Assembly (NCBI GenBank): GCA_951406725.2
Contig: OX597826.1
Location: forward strand, 74,958,001-75,022,000
Direction of reading: 5' to 3'
From: Octopus vulgaris
Lineage: Eukaryota
Length of the DNA: 64,000 nt
Shown here: piece after piece, positions 1-13,268 of the stretch
How positions within the stretch are numbered: position 1 is the stretch's first letter
How the letters are laid out: every line of letters starts with the position of its first letter
Made by a program: the position numbers and the translations under genes
The notes under the pieces: model-generated
Databases searched by the model: none
Told to the model about the DNA's origin: nothing
Seen by the model: only the letters and a program-made list of their open reading frames with translations

Positions 1-124
1 GACACTTACCCAAGGTGCCACGCAGTGGGACTAAACCCAGAACCATGTGGTTGGTAAACAAGCTACTTACCACACAACCACTCCTGCGCCTATATATATT
101 TTGTACTATATATTTTGTTCTTCA

Positions 125-383
125 TTCGTTTATTTCTGTTCTTATTTTAACTCATGTCCATTGTATGGAAATCTCTCATCACACATCTGTGACCTCTTCA
201 GTGACACTTTTCATTTTCATGCGTGCTCTTGCTCCACTTACTCCATTCTGTCTGAATGGAGTAATTGGAGCAAGAGCACATGTGTAAACGAACAGTGTCA
301 CTGAAGAGGTCACAGATGTGTGATGAGAGATTTCCAGACAATGGACATGAGTTAAAATTTTTTTTTTAAATCAGTAATAAACG
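125..383. repeat. Fold-back inverted repeat with nested hairpin, probably Penelope-derived
   Basis: Arms 144-208 and 294-358 are near-perfect; inner hairpin 222-279; contains the degenerate hammerhead-like CTGAAGA-GGTCACA..TGTGAT-GAGA. Confidence 0.75.
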
Positions 384-651
384 AGAAAAGAACAAATATA
401 TATAGTGTGTGTGTGTGTTTATTTGGCAAAAAAAGAAAATGACCCTCCCAAAATACACCAATACATATTTTTTTCTTCCAGCAGAATCATCAGTACATCA
501 AATAAAATGCTTGTGGTATTTCTTCCAGCTCTGAGTTTTGATTCTGCCGTTTGTCATTTCATGGTCAATAAAACAAGAACCAGTTGAGTTCTAGAGTAAA
601 TGGCCCACTCCTTCCTTTGAAAATTGCTAATCCTGTGACAAAATTGGAAAC

Positions 652-699
<48 letters not shown>

Positions 700-718
700 C
701 ATCATTATTATTATTATT

Positions 719-1394
719 ACCTTTGCACAGCTTCTAACGTTGGAGATGTACTATGGTGTCAGCTGTTCACTACCACTGAACCAAGGTAACACTTCTTATT
801 TTTCAAGCACCTTCCGGAGTATTCGAGCAGTTCCAAGCAATGCTGCTTTCTGCAAGTGCTCCACCCTTATTGCACCCCCTATTTGTTCCACGTACTTCTC
901 GAGATTTTTGCTCACTGCTCCCAGGGCTCTGACAATTATTGGTACTACTACCACCTTTTTCATCGACCACAACTGCTTAACCTCCCAAGCTAACCTGTCA
1001 TATCTATCGACTTTTCTTTCTTCCTCATCGCATACCTTGTTGTCAGCTGGGCATGCTATATCTATGATCCAGCATAGTTTGCTTTCTTTCTCAATTAAAA
1101 CTATGTCTGGCTTCCTATTCTCTATCTCATGGTCACACTGAATCATAAAATTTCATAAGATCTTTGCATTATCATTATCGATGATGCCTTCTGGTTTGTG
1201 GTCATACCAATTTTTTGCTCTGTCAAGTCCATACTTGTTGCAAAGTATCCAATGGACAAGCCTGGCTATATTGTCGTGGCGTCTCTTATATTCCTTCTGG
1301 ACTAGTGGCATACATTGGCAGGTAATATGCCATACAGTTTCACCATTTCGTCCACAAATTCTGCACTTATCACTTTCTGATGTGTTGTCTATTC
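719..1394 (-). mobile_element. 5'-truncated R4/Dong-clade LINE (CCHC finger + restriction-like endonuclease) inserted in (TAA)n
   Basis: CRICG..ETVWHI..C, YKRRHD, RKPDIVLIEK..IID, KVDRYDRL and VVPIIV motifs; ORFs 1153-1452 and 796-1146 are one frame broken by a single W>stop; (ATT)n on both sides. Confidence 0.85.
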
Positions 1395-1434
<40 letters not shown>

Positions 1435-1646
1435 TATTAAGGTGGCAAGCAAGCAGAATCATTAGCACACCAGGCAAAATGCTTAGCAGCATTTCGTCCA
1501 TCTTTATGGTCTGTGTTCAAATTCCCTTTCATCCTTTTGGGGGGGGGTGATGAAATAAGTACCAGATACATGCTGGGATCAATGTACTCAACTAGCACCC
1601 CCCACCAGCCCCCAAAGTTTCAGGCCTTGTACCTCTAATAGAAAGG

Positions 1647-1691
<45 letters not shown>

Positions 1692-2147
1692 GAGTGAGAG
1701 AGCAGTGCATGCCATCAAAGTGACACTGGGGTAAAATATACAAAGCCCAGTATACCCATCATGACTACCCATCTGATAAGGGTACACTAGGCACATGCAT
1801 CACAACCATATGTGCGCGACATGGTGATGTCATATCAAGATAAACAGCGCATGACCTTGCAGGTGAGGCCCAGTTAGAATTTTCTCCAGGTTGAGTAGCC
1901 TATCCCATTGAAAAGGTCCCTGAATAAGGGTTGTGTAAGGATGTTGAACGAAACACCAATGTTTCCTGGAGTAAATTATTCAAACCCCAAAGAATTCCTC
2001 TCAACACATAGCTATGATGCTCCCCCACTACTTCTGCTCGTGATCAAAGATGCACATATCATCAGACACCAAGGGACATGCTCAACTGGTTAAGGTCAAA
2101 CAACTGACAAGCAAATCTGTGGCATTGAGCAGAATATTTGCTGTAGC
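1692..2147 (-). mobile_element. Probable retroelement 3' end with (TAA)n tail
   Basis: Complex sequence abutting an (ATT)n tract; family not identified. Confidence 0.4.
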
Positions 2148-2656
2148 ATCGTCATTGTCATCATCATCATCATCATCATCATCAAGGCAGTGATCTGGCA
2201 GAATCGTTGGCATGCTGGCAAAATGCTCAACAGCATTTCTTCAGGCTTCATGTTCTGAGACGAAATTCCACCGAGGTCAACTTTGCCTCTCGTCGTCTTT
2301 TTAGGGTGAATGAAATAGGTACCAGTCACGCACTGAGGTCAATGTACTTGACTAGCCTCCTTCCACAAAATTTTCAGTAGAAACGATTATTATTGTTGTT
2401 TTATAGTTGTTGGCTCATACATGGTGTGTCTAGGCAGACACAGGCAGGTGAATAGTTGAAAGTTTGTTCTAGCTGCTGATAGCATTGATTTCCGTCTAAG
2501 CACTGCTGAAGTAACATGAAAGTGAAGAACCTTATTCAAGGACACAACACACACCTTCCACTCTGGGAATCAAACTCATAACTTCACGATCATGAGCCCA
2601 GTACACTAACCACTAGAAAAACATGCTTATACACACACACACACGTATGTATGAAC

Positions 2657-2689
<33 letters not shown>

Positions 2690-2996
2690 ATAATAACAAT
2701 TTAATAAATAAAACATATGCATACATACATATATGTACATACCAACATCTATATGTATATACATATGCATATATGAGTACAGGACACCACAAATAAACGT
2801 AGAACACAACAAGAAATGAAAACATAAAACCAAACAAGGAAACGGACTTTTTTTAACAACGAAAAAACAGAGTACAAGACAAACAACACAAGAAACATTC
2901 CCCTTCTTCAGCTGCCCCTGTTTCAAAGGTAAGGGCAGAACACGACCACGCTGAAGCAGTCCTTCCCGCAAAATGAATTAGATAAAATTTTTTTAT

Positions 2997-3412
2997 GTAG
3001 GTGCAGTAGTGGCTGTGTGGTAAGTCACTTGCTTACCAACCACATAGTCCCAAGTTCAATCCCACTGCGTAGCACCTTGGCAAATGTCTTCTACTATAGC
3101 CTTGGGCTGATCAAAGCCTTGTGAGTGGATTTGGCAGATGGAAACTGGAAGAAGCCCATCATATATATACATATGTATATGTATGTGTGTGTATATGTTT
3201 GTGTATCTGTGCTTGTCCCACACCCCCTTCATCACTTGACAACTGATGCTGGTGTATTTACATCCCCATAACTTAGTGGTTTGTCAAAAGAGACCGATAG
3301 AATAAGTACTAGGCTTACAAAGAATAAGTCCTGGGGTTGATTTGTTCGACTAAAAGCAGTGCTCCAGCATGGCCACAGTCAAATGACTGAAACAAGTAAA
3401 ATAGTAAAAGAG
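2997..3412 (+). mobile_element. Major tRNA-derived SINE family A (internal microsatellite)
   Basis: Head GTGGCTGTGTGGTAAG..GTTCAATCCC, central (TA/TG)n, tail ATGACTGAAACAAGTAAAA; more than 15 full or partial copies in the window. Confidence 0.85.
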
Positions 3413-3708
3413 TATATGAACATACACACACACACGTATCATCATTATCGTCGTTTAACGTCCGCTTTCCAGATGGTTTGACTGAGGACTGGCGAGCCAG
3501 GAGGCTGCTCCAGGCTCCGATCTGATGGACAAGGTTTCTACAGCTGGACACCCTTCCTAACGCCAACCACTCCGAGAGTGTGGTGGGTGCTTTTTACGGG
3601 CCACCAGCATGGGAGCCAGTCAGGCAACACTGGCATCGGCCACGTTTGGATGGTGCTTTTTACATGCCATGTACACACAAACATATTTAAGCATTTGTAC
3701 ATACATAC

Positions 3709-3742
<34 letters not shown>

Positions 3743-4074
3743 TTGTATATACAAATATAAAAATATATTAAGGTTTTGCTTAGACATACCAATTCTAATA
3801 ACCATTTGGTGGAACTCAATTTGCCAAAGCTTTTAGGACAAAGTTTTTGGTGAGTACAGCGTGTAATGATGATTATTAAATGATAAGGGAACAGGAATTA
3901 AGTAATACACTTCATAAGCTTACAGCTGTTTCTGCTATAAGAAGCAGTGCACTCAGAGCAGAGTGTTTGGGCAACATCTTATAGTTTCGTACATACATAC
4001 ACATATAGATATACATACTTAGATACATACACACGTGTAGTCTCACACACACACATACATACATGGTGGCTTTC

Positions 4075-4385
4075 AACTCAAGATGAGAATGACCATTGCT
4101 GACAAATTATCTTGTCTGAGATGTCAAAGATAACAGCTGTCAGTAATGCCAATGCTGAAATTTAATGTCAATCAGAGCTTGTACCACACAGCTAAGACAC
4201 TCCCACCACAAAGCTAGAACATCATCTCCAGCTTCACCAATGTTATTTCAGATTTTCCATCTTCTACGGAGATGTCTAAACAAAGGTTAAGGGTGTTTCA
4301 TTCCTTGCTGTTGTAGGGCCATCAACTCTACTGAGTTCATCTGTCAAGTTTAGTTTTTCGTCTTATAGGGTGTCCAACAAAAAGC
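4075..4385 (-). mobile_element. Degenerate RTE-type LINE fragment
   Basis: Minus-strand residues resembling the post-RT region (RHLRRRWK..NI..KL), with stops and frameshifts. Confidence 0.4.
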
Positions 4386-5459
4386 CACCTTCTTTACCAA
4401 GCAACCTTGGTAAAGTAACCACTTTAATTGCCTGTGGCCCAACCATGTGACAGGTACTGATGGAATATTTCTTAGCACTAACAGTGACCACACACACACA
4501 CCAAAACCATTTTACAGCCACTTCCCATGAACAGGTTGTCACAAACCATGTCATTTCTTATTGGAATCTACTGATCTCATAGACTGGTCATTGTACATGT
4601 CATTTCAGTCTGGTTTATACAATTGGACCCTATTTCTATCACCAGTCACTTTACAGAGGATATTGAGTGCATTTTCACATGACACCAGCTCCAGAGAGGT
4701 TGGTAAGTTCTCAGTAAGACAGGACAAAAAAGGTCTCTGAAGCCTTCTTACTCTATGCTTTTTCACCAATCATCCTAGGGAGGCTTGGGTAGGGCCTTTC
4801 CATAGTAGCACCCACATACAGGGTGGGAGCTTGTACATTGAAAGTGTAGAGGGTATTCAGCAACCTAAAGGGTGTACTTTCACTCAAGTAATGTAACTAA
4901 GCTGGGGAACAGCAAAACGCCAGAATAAGTGGGTGAAAGAAGCAAGAATTCATGGCACTCCGTTGGTTGCGACGATGAGGGTTTCAGCTGATCTGATCAA
5001 TGGAACAGCCTGCTTGTGAAATTAAGGTGCAAGTGGCTGAGAACTCCACAGACACGTGTACCCTTAATGTAGTTCTCAAGGAGATTCAGCGTGACACAGA
5101 GTGTGACAAGGCTGGCTCTTTGAAATACAGGTACAACAGAGACAGGAAGAAAGAATGAGAGAAGATTGTGGTGAAAGAGTACAACAGGGTTCACCACCAT
5201 CCCCTGCTGGAGCTTCGTGGAGCTTTTAGGTGTTTTCGCTCAATAAACACTCACAATGCCCGGTCTGGGAATCAAAACCATGATACCACAACTGCAAGTC
5301 TGCTGCCCTAACCACTGGGCCATTGCCCCTCCAAGAAGCAAGAATAGAATGGGAGGGAGAGAGTTACTGGGATGGAGACGAGGAATTTAAGTGATACACC
5401 TGTAGCAGAGGTGGACAAATTAAGAAAGGTGATGGGTGACAAATTGAACAGGTCTCGAA

Positions 5460-5699
5460 CAGTGGTCCTCAATCGGGGTTCATATGACCCTTGAGGGTCC
5501 GTATAAGATTTTGTTGTTAAAAATTTACGTGCAACAAATTGGTCATACTTTTACAAGGCTCAAAATATTTTAACAAGTTTTTATACAAATCCCAATTAGT
5601 ATTTAATTATGACAATACAAAAGGATTATTTTTAAACATCAAATGGCTATGAGGGGCCAAACAGGAATCAAAGGGATCCACAATGGTTGAGAAGACCTG
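5460..5699. mobile_element. hAT (Charlie-like) MITE
   Basis: Imperfect TIRs CAGTGGTCCTCAA / TTGAGAAGACCTG; about 240 bp, non-coding. Confidence 0.6.
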
Positions 5700-6149
5700 G
5701 TCAAGAGGAAAGAGTGATGATAAGCAGTACAGATAGGGTGGTGTGTGTTGGGTACAGCTGGTTCAATGCAGACTCTTACACAAAGGTCAAATGAAACAGG
5801 AAGGACAGTAAAGTGATGAGGATGGTGGAAGTGATGAGGATGGGTAGAGGGGCATTTGTGGTTTGTGAGCATCACAAATAACGAGATGAGAGATGGAAGT
5901 TTATGATAGAGAGGAGACTGAAGAGAGTGGTGAGATGAGGAGAGGAGGGAACAAGGGCACAGATAGAGTGATAAGGGGATGGCCCTATATAGTCTTTCAT
6001 ACATGGGCCCAGTAAAGGGTAGGGGAGGAGACATTTGTCATTTGCAAGCATCACAGCTAGTGGAGAGATGAGTGATGGAGGAGTATGAGTGGTAGAGAGT
6101 TGATTGAAGGGAATGGGGAGATAAGAGAAGGGAAGGCAATCAACAGTTA

Positions 6150-6410
6150 TTCAAATGCCTGACATGCGACTCCCTAAAGGACTGTTTTACAGAGATCTGG
6201 CAGAAGGCAAGCACTTTAAAGTCCCACTGAAGAGCTTTGAGATCAACCTCAACATCTGGAAAATGCAAGCGCAAGACCCTGCTATGGACAGAACAGGATT
6301 GCATGGGACACAAAGGAAATGCTAACTGCGCAAGTCCAGAGCCAAATCCTTCGGTCCCTGCCTTCTTCTTCATGTGATGTCCTTGGTCATCATTGACAAA
6401 TTAATAATAA
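6150..6410 (+). mobile_element. RTE LINE C-terminal fragment
   Basis: MPDMRLPKGLFYRDLAEGK ... LKSFEINLNIWKMQAQD. Confidence 0.6.
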
Positions 6411-6859
6411 GGGTCAGGGATGCAAGAGGTGACAGCAGATGTAGGCTTGTTTGTTCCTTCTCAAGCCATGCCTGGCTCATAGGGCTGGTTTCCCAACTTC
6501 CTTGGCGTATAGGTTCCCCACCTGGACGGGACGCCAGTCCGTCGCAGTTGAGCTGCAAGATGCAGGGGGAAAGAGTGAGAGAAAGTTGTGGCCGAAAGAG
6601 TCAGTAAAAGTTCGCCATTACCTTCTGCCGGAGCCACGTGAAGCTTAGGTGTCTCACTCATAAACACACACATTGCCCGGTCTGAGATTTGAACCCACGA
6701 TCCCTTGACCATGAGTCTGCTGTTCTAATCACTAGGCCAGATGTAGGCTTGGCAGGATATGAATATAAACACACATACACACAGCCTCTATCACTATTCT
6801 CATTTCAATGTACATTGAAATACGAATAGTAATAGGGGCCGTGTGTTGTCTGGTTAGTT

Positions 6860-7575
6860 TGGACTTCAACAGAATAGTGTTTCACTAATCAGTATGAACC
6901 CTCTTCAGATCAGCCTTGACCACTTTGTCTCAAGTCTTCCTCAGTCTCCCTCGTCCACTTAGAGTACAAGGCACTTCCTTATGCAGCACTCACCCATTCT
7001 ACACATCACATGTCCATATTAACACAGTCCTCCCTCTTGCACACAACATCTGATTCCTGTTGTACCCAGTTTTCCTCTCAGCTCATTTCTACTCTGCGGC
7101 TTGTGTACACTGACCCATTCATCAGAACACAATGCCAACACTTTATTTCTTTCCTTTGCAAGTCTTCTGCATTCAAGGTCCACGTCTTACGACCATGCAG
7201 CCCCACAGCTCAAACACAAACATCATACAATCAGACATTCACTCTGACGGAGAAGCCCTTTGTTACCAGCAGAGGCAATGCACCCACTGAACTTTTTCCC
7301 AACCTGTTCTTACCTGAGCTACCACATTTTCCGAACAACCACCTCCACTGTTAATTATGTCACCATGGTAACAGAAGCTATCAACTACTGCTCGTGCCCC
7401 TATTGAGCATCTAAAACAATCTATTGACAGTGTGTTTTAGTATATATATAATCCCAGTGCAACTGCCACATACAAAGCCTGCTTCCTCTCAGCCTGTATG
7501 GGAGCCCCACTACATCTCTGCTGCACCCATAGCTTACACTGGGTACAGCATATGGAGTTCCTCCCTACTTCTTCT
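6860..7575 (-). mobile_element. Degenerate RTE LINE fragment
   Basis: Minus strand GRGRLRKT*DKVVKADL; homologous to 48640-49270. Confidence 0.65.
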
Positions 7576-8758
7576 CTGCAAGGACATATTTACAAATATG
7601 TGTGCGTGCGTGTGTGGGAGAGAGAGAGAGATTCAAATAAATGAATAAACTCTCTAACATATTTTAAATTTTTCCTGCTTATATACTGTTCACACATATG
7701 TTCATTTGAATATAAATATATAAATGGACACACACATATATATTTGAGAGTGTGTGTGTTGACTCTAAACACTGTATACTGTCAAGTGGATTGTCATTTA
7801 CATACAAATACAAACATCCTCAATAGCAGGTCACAGAAATACAAACACTCCATAAATTCTACACACTCCATCACACACACACACAGATGGAAGGTGATAT
7901 CTTGGAGGGTCGTTGTAGTTCGCTTTCGGAAAACAGACTGATTATGAAACCGCGGATGACTTAAGCAGGGCAGCCCTTGTTATCAATTCTTCCCTCTGCA
8001 ACAACAACAAAAAAAAGAAAAGAAAAAAAAAAGAAAAAACCCCCAGCTCCAACCGGTAACCGAAAGCACGTTTTAGATCCTCAGGGAAACGATCCAGAGA
8101 AAAACCTCGTCTAGCAATCAGAACAATCTAACCATCACCACCATCACCATCATTCCCACAATACGAAATTTCTAATGGTAGAGAGGTCATTCCGGTGAGG
8201 GAAAGGGTCAGAAAATCAAGACAAAATATCGAATGTGGTTTTCCATATCAACCTCAAGATGTTTATATATATATATATAAAATGGAGATGAAAGCATGAA
8301 CCCCATAATATGACTGGTACAGAATCTGGTGGATGTTGAGAGCTTGGATACACCGAACAATGACAGAGCAAAACTGTAAAGAGCTTGGTGTTTGAAATTG
8401 TAAAGGATTGTGGCAATTCGTGGACTGAGTGGAGTGTTTTAGATGTCTTTAGTTTCTACCGTGATAATCTGACAATAACAACAAACGAGTGTGTGGGTGA
8501 AAATCTCAGAAAAACATTCATACATAAATATAGATGTAGGCAGACATTTAGACGATCTTCGTGCGAGTGTGTGTATATGTGTATAGCTACATACTCAGAC
8601 ACAGGTATGTACGTGTGTGTATGTACGTGTGTATGTATGTGTGTGTGTGGATAGAGAGAGAGAGAGGTAGATAGATACATACATACAAAGAAGGCGAGAG
8701 AAAGCTTTATATAGTTAAATTTATAAATATAATTAAATATATAAATCTAATTATTATT

Positions 8759-8760
<2 letters not shown>

Positions 8761-8802
<42 letters not shown>

Positions 8803-8816
8803 GAGAGGTAGGTAGG

Positions 8817-8910
<94 letters not shown>

Positions 8911-8942
8911 GATAGATCGATAGATCGATAGATAGATAAATC

Positions 8943-8985
<43 letters not shown>

Positions 8986-9014
8986 CGATAGATAATTCGA
9001 TAGATCGATCGATC

Positions 9015-9112
<98 letters not shown>

Positions 9113-9128
9113 CAGATAGATAGATAGA
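8761..9128. repeat. (GATA)n microsatellite
   Basis: Direct observation; others at 34093-34250 and 37189-37507. Confidence 0.95.
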
Positions 9129-9278
9129 TCGAAACTGTGTGCAGTGTGAGTTGAAATAATTGTCGCAGTGAATATGCGAAGAGTTGTCAGATGACTGCAA
9201 CAAGAGAAAACAGACAAAAGTAAACAAAATATCCAAAACACCAACTATTAATAATGACATGCTGTTGCGTTTGCCTAT

Positions 9279-9328
<50 letters not shown>

Positions 9329-9637
9329 GACACACACACACACAGATATCTGCACGTTTACATACATAATCATACACGGGCATTTATGTATATATATATA
9401 TATTTATAGACAAACATACAGGTACCAGTCTGTATTGCACGAATGAATGTACCTACGTATACAAACATATTAATATACAATAAAGATAAGGGTATTTCAT
9501 TAAATGGTAATATAAAAATCTAAGAAAAAACTGTAAATCGGAATTAAATTGCTCCATCTTCAGCGACAAATCTTCAGATGAAGGAATGCCTAGAAACGGG
9601 TGACGTGTGTGCGTGTTTCTATATATGTGGGTGTGCC

Positions 9638-9668
<31 letters not shown>

Positions 9669-10152
9669 CAGCGTGTGTTTGTGTGTTAGTGTGTGTGTAT
9701 GTGTGCGTGCGTGTGTGTGTGTGTGTTTGTATGTGTGCGTGTGTGTGTGTATACTGACATTATAGCAATGGAAGGGGCGTTGCTAGAGAGATGGAGATGG
9801 AAGAGAGAAAGAAAGATTGATTGTAAATGACTGATTGGAGGATACTACGATTTAGATAGACAGATAGGCAGAGAGAGAGAGAGACAGACAGAGAGAGAAA
9901 GAGAGAGAGAGAGGGTTAAAAAGAAGGAGATAGAGAAGAGAACAGAGAAAGAAAGAGAGAGAGAGAGAGAGATGGAAAGATGAAAACAGCGACGAAAAGT
10001 AATAAGGATAATCACGAAGACCCCGTGTGACAAAACAAGAGAGAAACGCAATAGGTTGACCAAAAGCAAGTGATGGGGTTCCCTTCGATTTGGCTCCTCT
10101 CACATCCGATGACAACAATAAAGCGAAAGAGAAGAGCAGATGCTTCACTTAC

Positions 10153-10213
10153 CTCGGTATTTGTCCAGAAAGACTTGTCTTACAGACGACATGTGGTCCG
10201 GCGTGGCCGGCTC
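10153..10213 (-). CDS. Second coding exon (EPATPDHMSSVRQVFLDKYR+1 nt), tentatively the N-terminus of motile sperm domain-containing protein 2 (CRAL-TRIO/MSP)
   Basis: Acceptor ttgcatttgttgtag, donor GAG|GTAAGT, in frame with exon 1 across a 147-nt intron. SVRQVFLDKY resembles the MOSPD2 N-terminal helix (ETRRRFEAEY) from memory. The exon is well supported; the identity is weak. Confidence 0.7.
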
Positions 10214-10360
10214 CTACAACAAATGCAAGCGACAGACTAATGTTTAGATGACCTGATTTGCTATATTTTTGTCGGGTAACAAGAACGGAAGAGCAACAGT
10301 TAACACGGTATAAAGTGACAAAAGATAACAGCAGTCAAAACAACAACAACAAGAACTTAC

Positions 10361-10387
10361 GTCGTCGTCAAAGTCTCCCGCCGCCAT
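10361..10387 (-). CDS. First coding exon (MAAGDFDDD) of a host gene, possibly MOSPD2-like
   Basis: aatATGGCGGCG start context, 27 nt, followed by consensus donor GTAAGT; lies in a locally CpG-enriched, non-repetitive island. Confidence 0.75.
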
Positions 10388-10430
10388 ATTCGACGGCAAT
10401 CTAAAGACTTCTAGTAAGGGAGGTAACTGG
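10381..10430 (-). promoter_or_regulatory. Probable core promoter/5' end of the minus-strand gene
   Basis: YY1-like CCGCCATATT overlapping the ATG; TAAGGGAGGTAACT motif at 10415-10428; local CpG enrichment. Confidence 0.5.
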
Positions 10431-10829
10431 TTTGGGTGACTACTGATGGATTAAGATGGATTGATAGAAGAAGGGTTGGTCGGATGGAGAGATGATTAAA
10501 AAGGCAGGAGGTATGGATGGAGCTTGATGGATACACACATGTATAAAGGACGTGATGAATGAATAGACTAATAAGGAGATGGAGTCAGACAAACAGATAG
10601 ATGTGTGAAAAATCATTTACTGCAAGCTACATAGATTGAACCAGTGACTTTCTTGTTACAAACGTAAAAGAATTTATTGTTCTAGAAAATAATTGGCTCA
10701 AACGATTGGCTAAATTAATTATTTAGCTATCGAAAGAAGATCAGATTGGGACCAAATTATACCTTATGAAATTTGCCTAGATCCCCATCCGAGTGATCAT
10801 AATAAGCAGTGCTTGTCTTGGGTGTTTTC

Positions 10830-12260
10830 AAAGCATCTGATGTCTGGATATCCTGTACACAATGACACACATCTTCTGTGTCGTAAGAGCCAAAAGAAGG
10901 GTCATTTCTCTAAAATGTGCCATACTGCCACTTCATCATCTACCAATGGTGCCACTACTTTCATCGGTCAACCAACATCCACAGCATCAATACCACCTTC
11001 TGTCTCAGGGATCTTATTGATAAGCCGATGACTTATTAGATGGTTGTAACTCTGAAAGTTTTGTCCATCTTGATTTAGTTAAATGCCGCTCACTATGTAT
11101 TTGGCAATGGACAAATTCTATTTTTAGTACCATTGCTTCAATCTCTGTTAAACATTCACCTCTTGGCTGACCAGTGGATCCTTTAATAATGTACACTGGT
11201 CTGTATTCCCCCAGTGGTGTTCTGACATTATTCTTGACCGAAATTTTCAGAAGTGTCATAACAGTGTAGCTAGGAAGTGATTTATCATTTCTTGTTATTT
11301 GTGGATTTGGTAGCTAATACATCAATTCTCCGGCATTATTTGTTAACCTGACATTTGATTACCATCCTGTTGCCACTTAATCACATTATTCTCTTTATTC
11401 TTAATCAGCAGAGGAAATTGATTGCAAGGCTTTAGGGAAAGAAATTTGTATTGTGAGACAACACTTCAAGATCATGGGCCTCTAGCTGAGTTTCACAACG
11501 TGCCCTGCTGATCAAGAATTATTCGTTTGCCTCACTTTGTGAGCCTGAAAAACATGCCATATTCCACAGATGATGTCCAACAAATGGTTGCCTCATGTAA
11601 TGTATGCGTGGGAAACAAACTAAAATTCACAGACCATACAAAACACTCCTCATAAAGGTTACTCAAACTTTTGAACAGCTAAACACCAACTTCAAAGGAC
11701 CTCATTCTTGTATCGACCAGAATCAATATTTTCTTAAGATCATAGATGATATCATAGTTCAAGACTTTTATGCTCACTTGTTCAAATATAGATTCTTCAC
11801 CAAACATTTACTATCCTTACCGGTTGTTTTCTATTTATGGTTTACTAATTTACATTTACTACGTTTGTAAAACCTCTTTTATAACAGCATGAATTTCTCA
11901 CTAATGAAGGAATATCATGGATCAAAACCACTAATCATGGCCCCCAAAGTAATGGACTGGTGAAGAGATTCAATAAAGTATTCTTGAAAGCAATCATGCT
12001 AAGTTTAAGGTCAAGCAAGCTGTCTGGCAAAGTCTTCTCACTAATGATGCCAATGCACTCCAGCCATTGTTGCATACTGTAACCAATGCCGACTCAATGA
12101 GAAACTTCTGGATTATTCCCATTGCCTTTCTATGGGGACCTCAGTTCTTTTGTTGTAGGATCTTGGATCAGGTTTTCTGAAATGCTATGTTTGCATGAAC
12201 TAGATAGATTCTCTGACTGATGATGTGGAATTCATGCAAACAACACATGTTTGCTACTAC
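10830..12260 (+). mobile_element. Highly decayed Gypsy LTR-retrotransposon internal region (gag knuckle, protease, integrase)
   Basis: CRKSQKKGHFSKMC (zinc knuckle), LLDGCNSESFVH (protease), TLLIKVTQTFEQLNTNFKGP..NQYFLKIID and PQSNGLVKRFN (integrase) in the expected order; RT largely deleted. Confidence 0.75.
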
Positions 12261-12283
12261 AATATCAAAGAAACCATTGGCCC

Positions 12284-12345
<62 letters not shown>

Positions 12346-12884
12346 CTGTCCGTATACTCTCCATGCTCTAATCTCTCCTTCCTCTTCTTTCTTTTCCAGC
12401 TGATGCAGGCAAGTATCTCCAGTACATTGAGACCCCTATTTGTATCCCTCTTTTATACTCTAACCTCTCACCTGGAGCAAAGTCACCTCCTGCAGTTCCA
12501 TTCCCTCTCCCAGCTGAGAGGTCATCATCTTGCAAGTTACTTGATGACTCAGCTGATGTCAGTGCCACATGAATAGCACCCAGTACACTCTGTAGAGAGG
12601 TTGGCAATTGGAAGGGCATCCAGCCAGAGAAACCATGTCAAAGCAGGCAGTGAAATCTGGTGCAGCCCTCCAGCTTGCCGCCTCCTGTCAAACTGTCCAA
12701 CCTATGCCAGATGAGATGTTTAGCACCAACACAAACAATCACAGAATATGAGACTCAAACATTGAAAGGTTGACTCCCAAAAAAAACAACATTGCCAGTA
12801 GTGTCATTGTAAGGTATGGTTACACTGGGCAATTGCCTAGGGACCCCACTAAGGGCCCAGTTCTGATCTGTGCATGCTGTGGCT

Positions 12885-13268
12885 TATTCTTTTATTTGTT
12901 TCAGTCATTTGACTGTAGCCATGTTGGAGCACCAACTTTAGTCGAACAAATCGACCCCAGGACTTATTCTTTGTAAGCCTAATACATATTCTATCAGTCT
13001 TTGCTGAACCACTAAGTTACGGGGACGTAAACACACCAGCATCAGTTGTCAAGCGATGGTAGGGGGACAAACACACACACATATGTGTGTGTGTGTATAT
13101 ATATATGACAGGCTTCTTTCAGTTTCCGCTTACCAAATCCACTCACAAGGCTTTGGTCGGCCCGAGGCTATAGTAGAAGACACTTGCCCAAGGTGCCACG
13201 CAGTGGGACTGAACCCGGAACCATGTGGTTGGTAAGAAAGCTACTGACCACACAGCCATGTCTGCACC
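12885..13268 (-). mobile_element. SINE family A
   Basis: Full-length reverse copy. Confidence 0.85.
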
